Translations under genes and position numbers: made by a program
Notes under the pieces: model-generated
The model's database searches: none
Told to the model about the DNA's origin: nothing
The model's input: only the letters and a program-made list of their open reading frames with translations
Part shown: piece after piece, positions 58,994 through 64,000 of the stretch
How positions within the stretch are numbered: position 1 is the first letter of the stretch
Layout: every line of letters starts with the position of its first letter
Origin: Ochotona princeps
Taxonomy: Eukaryota
Reading direction: 5' to 3'
Assembly: GCF_030435755.1 (NCBI RefSeq)
Contig: NC_080843.1
Coordinates: 68,734,485-68,798,484, forward strand
Length of the DNA: 64,000 bases

Positions 58994-59616
58994 AGTGGTG
59001 AATTTTAAAACTTCACTGCTCTGAATGGAAATCCAAGGGACGCGCTTTTGGCTCAGCGGTGAAGATGCCTTGGGCAGCTGCACCTGCCCATCTCATAGTG
59101 CCCGGGTTTGAGTCTCCTTTCTGTTTCTAACCCAGTTTCCTGCTAACGCACTGAGGTCTCAGTGCTTGGGCCCCTGCCATCTACATAAGCAACACAGGTA
59201 AGTTCCTGGCTCTTTGCTTTGGCATGGTCCTTCCCAGGCTGTGGTGGACATTTGGGATCTGGGGAGTGAACCAGTAAGTGGATGCTTGCTCTCTGTCTCT
59301 GTGTCCATGTCCAAATCTATGTCTACACCCATGTGTAGCACTGCCTGACAATAAATATTTTTTTTTTAAAAAAAGAAAGAAAACATTCACTGACCTTTTG
59401 CTTTAGTTCATGTGTGTCACTGGAAATGAACTTGATCACATATGGCATCTCGATAGACATAGTCAAAGAGAAGCTACCAAAAGTGAAGACGTTGCTTTAG
59501 TCTCTCATACCTTTAGTTCTGCCAAGTTGTTTCACATCATTTTAAATGAAAATGTAAGCCACAAAACTAATTGTAAATCAGACAATGGACGGGTTTTTAA
59601 TATTTTAGGTGCTTAC

Positions 59617-59663
59617 CTTTGTTGTGTTCCTATTTCCTTCACGCAAATCTTCTCTACTGTATC
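59617..59663 (-). CDS. PARP4: Candidate short PARP4 exon (47 nt; DTVEKICVKEIGTQQ + 2 nt), supported by splice signals only
   Basis: Strong acceptor tgtgtttttctttaaacag|GAT and strong donor AAAG|GTAAGC enclose a stop-free 47-nt segment in phase 0. I have no protein-level confirmation. The phase-2 exit does not connect directly to the next resolved exon, so at least one more exon must intervene. Confidence 0.35.
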
Positions 59664-60259
59664 CTGTTTAAAGAAAAACACAGGTGTCTGAGTGTCCTGT
59701 CAGAGTTCCCAGTGGAACCCTGAACTGACGGCAGCACCACACAGGTGGGCCTGAGACAAGGAGCATTGTTCTTGGAGTGACAGTCCCTTCCAAGGCGCAC
59801 CTGACAGCAGGAATCACATATGACCATTATGTACACACACACACTATATGTGTTTGCATTGTGTAAATACACACATCACTCTGCATGCCTATATTCATAT
59901 ACACATTTACACAAATACATGCACACACTTATGTAAGTTCATACAACATTAATCAGCAGCTTTCTCTGGGTAACAGAATCAGGATGATCTTAATTCTCTT
60001 CTTTCAGCTTACTTGAGTTCTTCATGCTCATCCACTCTTTGTGACAAAGCGCACACACTGAACATGAGTGATGGAGTAGTAAAATCAAACTATGCCCATT
60101 GAACAGATCTGTCTTCATGTTGATTCATTTCACAGACAGGACACATGTCTAAACACCTAAATGTCAGGAAAATTGACTTTATGCTAAAATAGATGGCTTC
60201 AGACGTTTTTCCTTCCCCATGAATATAGCTGCCTCAAATCTAATTTTAGGCGTACCAAC

Positions 60260-60424
60260 CTGAAGGTTTTCATTCAAGGCCTTGTCCTGTTGCCAGGGAG
60301 CCACAGTGGCTGGCATGAAGAAGACAGCCACGGGGCCCTGCAGGGTCAGTTCTGTGATGTAGGTGATTTTGATAAGAACCTTAGCTGCAGGGGGCAGGTT
60401 GCCAACACTCACAGTAAAAACATC
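60260..60424 (-). CDS. PARP4: PARP4 exon (VIT domain), 55 codons, phase 0/0
   Basis: Acceptor tctattttag|GAT and donor CAG|GTTGGT. Translation DVFTVSVGNLPPAAKVLIKITYITELTLQGPVAVFFMPATVAPWQQDKALNENLQ carries the VIT motif FTVSVgnl.p...v.i.i.Y.eeL. Confidence 0.75.
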
Positions 60425-61715
60425 CTAAAATAGAATCAGATGCAGTGGTTTGCAACTCACACAGGAGTCCAGATCCAGCAGTTTCAACTTGCCTCCCCTC
60501 CTGTCCCTACCCTGCTAGAATAAAGGACCTCCTAAGTGCCCTGCTGTGTCTGGTATTTTCGTTTATTGCGGCAAACTTCTCCCAAAAAGAAGACCTGGGT
60601 GTCAGAACAACACTGACAGTGAAGGCCACGTCACATCTTCAGGACACAGTAACGGGTGAGGGGAGAGAAGATTCCTGTTAGCTACTGAGATGAATCTCTA
60701 CTTCTCTCTGTAAAATCTACCTTGCCAATAAAAATAAATCTATCTTTAAAAAAAAGCAGCATCAGTGTAAAAGCCTGGGGTTCATTTCAGAGAGCACCAC
60801 TGAACTGTGTGGGTTACATTGCCTTTTCTGAGTAGGACACACACAGATGCAAGATGATGCTCATTCTAATATTACCAGATAATCTGTAAATTCATAACAT
60901 GCTTGGAACTTATCAGCCAAGACAGCGGAATTCCAAAGACTTGCCCTCTGAGGACATAGGGGACAACAGAAACTGTACAGATTCCTACAGATCCTGGGCT
61001 TGGCTGACTATGAGTGCCTGATCCAAGAGAACCTAGAACAAATAACTGCAGGCTGTCCGCCACCGTTTGCTGTGGAGTCCATCAGATAGACTGGCATGGG
61101 GCTGCAGACGGAAGAAAGCTCCTTTCTGCAGAGCAGGTGTATGGGAGGCAGACAGCTGGCAGCGTGGGGTGTGGAAGGTGGCCAGGTGGACAGATGTGTG
61201 GAAAGCAGCTGGCTGCTGCTGGGCCTGGGCCACTCGTCTGCACCTTCTCCTCTTAGGAAGTAAAACCTATTAGCTGTCACTTCCAGGTCTGCTGGGAAAG
61301 GAACAGAAACACAATAGGGAACAAAACCTTCCCTATGATCATAGCAACCAGGTACAGCTCCCCTGCTTCAGAGAAGGATGAAGCCAAAACTACCTCCCCA
61401 GAGGAAGGGGGTACCACCCTCCTGCGCTCAGGGCCCTACACAAAGCACAGGCATCAGAACAAATAACTGCAGGGCAGGCAGGAAACTCCCTGACACAGTA
61501 CTTCCCAGGGAGGGGCCAAGGAGGGAGGCCCCACGTATGGCCAATGAGAACAGGTCCTGCTTAAGAGTGAGGCTGGTGAGCAAGCGGAACTCGGGGGTCT
61601 GAAACAGCACCAATGATCTGGTCTCTAGCATGGGCTTCACATTTCAAAACCTTCTCCCACTTTTCTCCCACTTTCTCACGACCAGGCTAGCTACTGGAAG
61701 GGTGTGAAGTCATAC

Positions 61716-61802
61716 CGGAGCATCCTGGTCCATCAGGTAAGCGCCATGGCCTTGGCTGATGGCCTCTCGGTATTCACGCTGGGCTTCTTCCTTCTCTTTT
61801 AT
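61716..61802 (-). CDS. PARP4: PARP4 exon (VIT domain), 29 codons, phase 0/0
   Basis: Acceptor gtcttccag|ATA and donor CCG|GTATGA. Translation IKEKEEAQREYREAISQGHGAYLMDQDAP continues the previous exon in frame as ..IVGE|IKEKEEA.., which is the VIT consensus ..GeVKEKE.AkkqYe.AvsqGk.. An antisense SINE abuts the acceptor. Confidence 0.7.
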
Positions 61803-62473
61803 CTGGAAGACATTTATTATTATTTGCTTATTTATTTGAAATGCAGAGAGACAGAGACAAACAGTACCCCATCTGCTGGACGTGGGCCAAGGTGAATACA
61901 GGAACCAGGAACTCAGGGCAGAAGGACCCAACTACCTGAGCCATCATTGCTGTCTCAGGCAGGAGTGGAGCTGGACCGGAATCAGGCACTGATATGGGAT
62001 ACAAGTGTTCCATATTAGGTGTTATGTTAATTGCTGCCAATTGGCTGTCTCTAAAGGTTATTTTAAATTTCATCATTTTTATTGCTTCTGACTGTGTGCT
62101 AATCCTTAAAGAACAAATCGACTGTTAACTCCTTTGGTATGCTTTTTTGTTAGAAATTTTCCAAAAGAGCTCTCATTTCAGTTTGACTGTTTCTCTTTAA
62201 TATTTTTTATATTAATTTTGCTTATTTGAAAGAGAGAACTAGCGTCTGCTGGTTCATTCCTCAGTTGCCTGTGACCGGTTGACGGTAGATCAGGTGTAAG
62301 CTGGGAGCTGAGGACTCCACTCGGTCTCTCCTGTGTGGCAGGACCCACCACCACCTGCTGTGTCTGACCCATCAATCACCACCTGCTGCCTCCCAGGGGC
62401 ACAGCAGCAGCAAGCTGGAAGGGCAGTGAGAACAAGGCACACTCCAAATGGAATGGAGGAGTCCTACATGGCC

Positions 62474-62805
62474 TTTTTAAAGGAATTGTTTATTTTTATT
62501 GGAAATACAGATTTACACAGAGAAGGAGAGACAGAGAGAAAGATCTTCTGTCCACTGGTTCACTCTCCAAGTGACCGTAACAGCCGGAGCTGAGCTGATT
62601 TGAAGCCATGAGCCAGGAGCATCTTCCAGGTCTCCCATGGAGATACAGGGTCCCAAGGCATTGGGCCATCCTCAACTGCTTTCCCAGGCCACAAGCAGGG
62701 AGCTGGATGGGAAGTGGAACAGCTGGGATAAAAACAGGTGCCCATATGGGATCCTGGCATATGCAAGGTGAGGATTTTAGCCACTAGTCTATTGTGCCAG
62801 GCCCC
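62474..62805 (-). mobile_element. C-repeat-related SINE, antisense
   Basis: The sequence ..ttattggaaatacagatttacacagagaaggagagacagagagaaagatcttctgtccactggttcactctccaagtgacc.. through ..ctattgtgccaggccc. Confidence 0.8.
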
Positions 62806-63510
62806 CAAGGTGACATTTTAATAGCTGTACCACATGTCTGCCCTGGTTTCACCTTTTTAATTTTAAGATTGATTTATTGTTTCTTTTAAAGGCAGAGTTA
62901 CAGAGAGAAAAGAGACATTACATCCACTGGGTCATTCCCCAAATGGCAGCAATGGCCAGGGCTGTCAGGCTAAGCCAGGAGACAGGATTCCATTTTGTTG
63001 TCTCCCATGACTGGCAGGAGTCCCAGTATTTGGCCATCCTCTGTTGCTTTCCCAGGTGCATCAGCAAGGAACTGGACCACAAGTGGAGCACCCATGACTC
63101 GAACTGGCGGTCACCTGTGGTGCTGGCACTGAAGGAGGCAGCTTAATGTGCTATGTCAGAATGTTGCCCTCTACACCCAGCTTGACTTTCATAGCAAGGA
63201 GTGGCGATAACAAATTTTTTTTTCCCCTAGAAATGTATAAGGGGTTTACCAATTTTGCAATGTGCCTGTTTCAAACTTCTGATGGAAATCATCTTATTCG
63301 GAAGTGCCTAGGCACAGAATTTGCATGACCCTGACAGCTAAGGCTGGACGGGAAGCAGCGGAGCAGGGAGGCATGCTGCAGTACACGCTGACCGTGTCCT
63401 GGCTCTGTCTCATGCCAACCCAGCCTCACAGCCAGAGGACTTGAATGAAGATCTGGATGGATGGGAGACTGGAAGCAAGGGTCAGCCCTGAAGAGCTTGT
63501 TCCCCCTTAC

Positions 63511-63642
63511 CTCTCCTACTATGTGCTTCCCATTGATGAATGCTTCAAAGCCACACACAGCTGCCTTGTCATCCAAAGGAAAGATGTATTTTGCCTCAAT
63601 GGGCACATGACTTTGATTTGTGTATGTCTGGAAAAGAACCAC
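63511..63642 (-). CDS. PARP4: PARP4 exon (start of VIT domain), 44 codons, phase 0/0
   Basis: Acceptor ttttctcttcggcag|GTG and donor GAG|GTAAGG. Translation VVLFQTYTNQSHVPIEAKYIFPLDDKAAVCGFEAFINGKHIVGE is the typical VIT-domain opening (YIFPLD..AAVcgF.a.ingk.ivGe). Confidence 0.7.
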
Positions 63643-64000
63643 CTGCCGAAGAGAAAACCCACATGCTGGATGAGTCTACACGCATGACACAAACATGATT
63701 ATACATATTTGTTTTAAATGCCTTCAGTTTTTATTACGTCCCTTAACTTCCTGGGCCTGGCTTCAACAGCCACACATGACACAGTGGCAGGGCTGCCTCC
63801 ATGCCCTGTGACCCAGTGCGCTGGCTGCATATTCAGAGCTCCGTGCACACCTGATGGAGACCATGGGAACTCCCACCAACACTGCACACAGCCCCATGTG
63901 TGCGGTGAGCCTCGTTCCCCTAAGTGTCAGGTGGCCTGGCAGCTGTTAAGATGTCCCCCATTTACCCTGGGGTCATGTCTCACCACCAGGGGTGGGGACT

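Noticed and set aside
1-64000. CRISPR arrays, prokaryotic operons, defence or mobile-element systems of bacterial type
   Set aside because: The window is eukaryotic: it has spliced genes with GT-AG introns, a CpG island, and SINE/LINE/LTR content. All regular short repeats found are microsatellites or minisatellites with no spacer-repeat architecture.

Overview
This window is mammalian nuclear DNA, almost certainly lagomorph (rabbit, Oryctolagus-type). The sign is about 45 copies of the tRNA-derived C-repeat SINE (consensus opening GGGCCCGGCGGCGTGGCCTAGCGGCTAAAGTCCTCGCCTTGAA, about 320 bp, A-rich tail) in both orientations, many with intact target-site duplications, plus a second more diverged tRNA-SINE subfamily. 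Together they make up roughly a quarter of the window by my estimate. There is no prokaryotic content: no CRISPR, operons or defence systems. Most ORFs in the supplied track are SINE translations, for example the recurring ...GSHMGAGSNP..STSHPAPCLWPGKAVEDGP... peptides.

Two protein-coding genes lie on the minus strand.

(1) MPHOSPH8 (MPP8). Only the CpG-island promoter and coding exon 1 are present. The ATG is at 5673 and the GT donor follows codon 73 at 5455. The sequence ...EDGEDVFEVEKILDMKTEG is the start of the chromodomain. The rest of the gene runs off the left edge.

(2) PARP4 (vault poly-ADP-ribose polymerase). The VIT-domain exons lie near 63.6 kb and the VWA-domain exons near 54.0 and 51.0 kb. 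There is a 1158-bp proline-rich exon at 34935-36092. The terminal coding exon ends ...SPLHRALSQSQG* with the stop codon at 29200-29202. I resolved 17 exons by splice-site consensus plus protein recognition. Three to five more short exons are unresolved.

The PARP4 3' end and the MPHOSPH8 promoter are only about 23 kb apart, tail to head. That interval holds two inward-facing LINE-1 fragments with ORF1/ORF2 remnants, several degenerate 60-85 bp tandem arrays, related LTR-like elements, a candidate solo LTR inserted into a SINE, and a large 150-bp-arm inverted repeat.

I found no novel functional system. The more interesting points are the gene arrangement, a 28-codon in-frame tandem repeat inside the PARP4 proline-rich exon, a tandem repeat in the MPHOSPH8 promoter, the repeat structures above, and several SINE insertions that sit very close to PARP4 splice sites.
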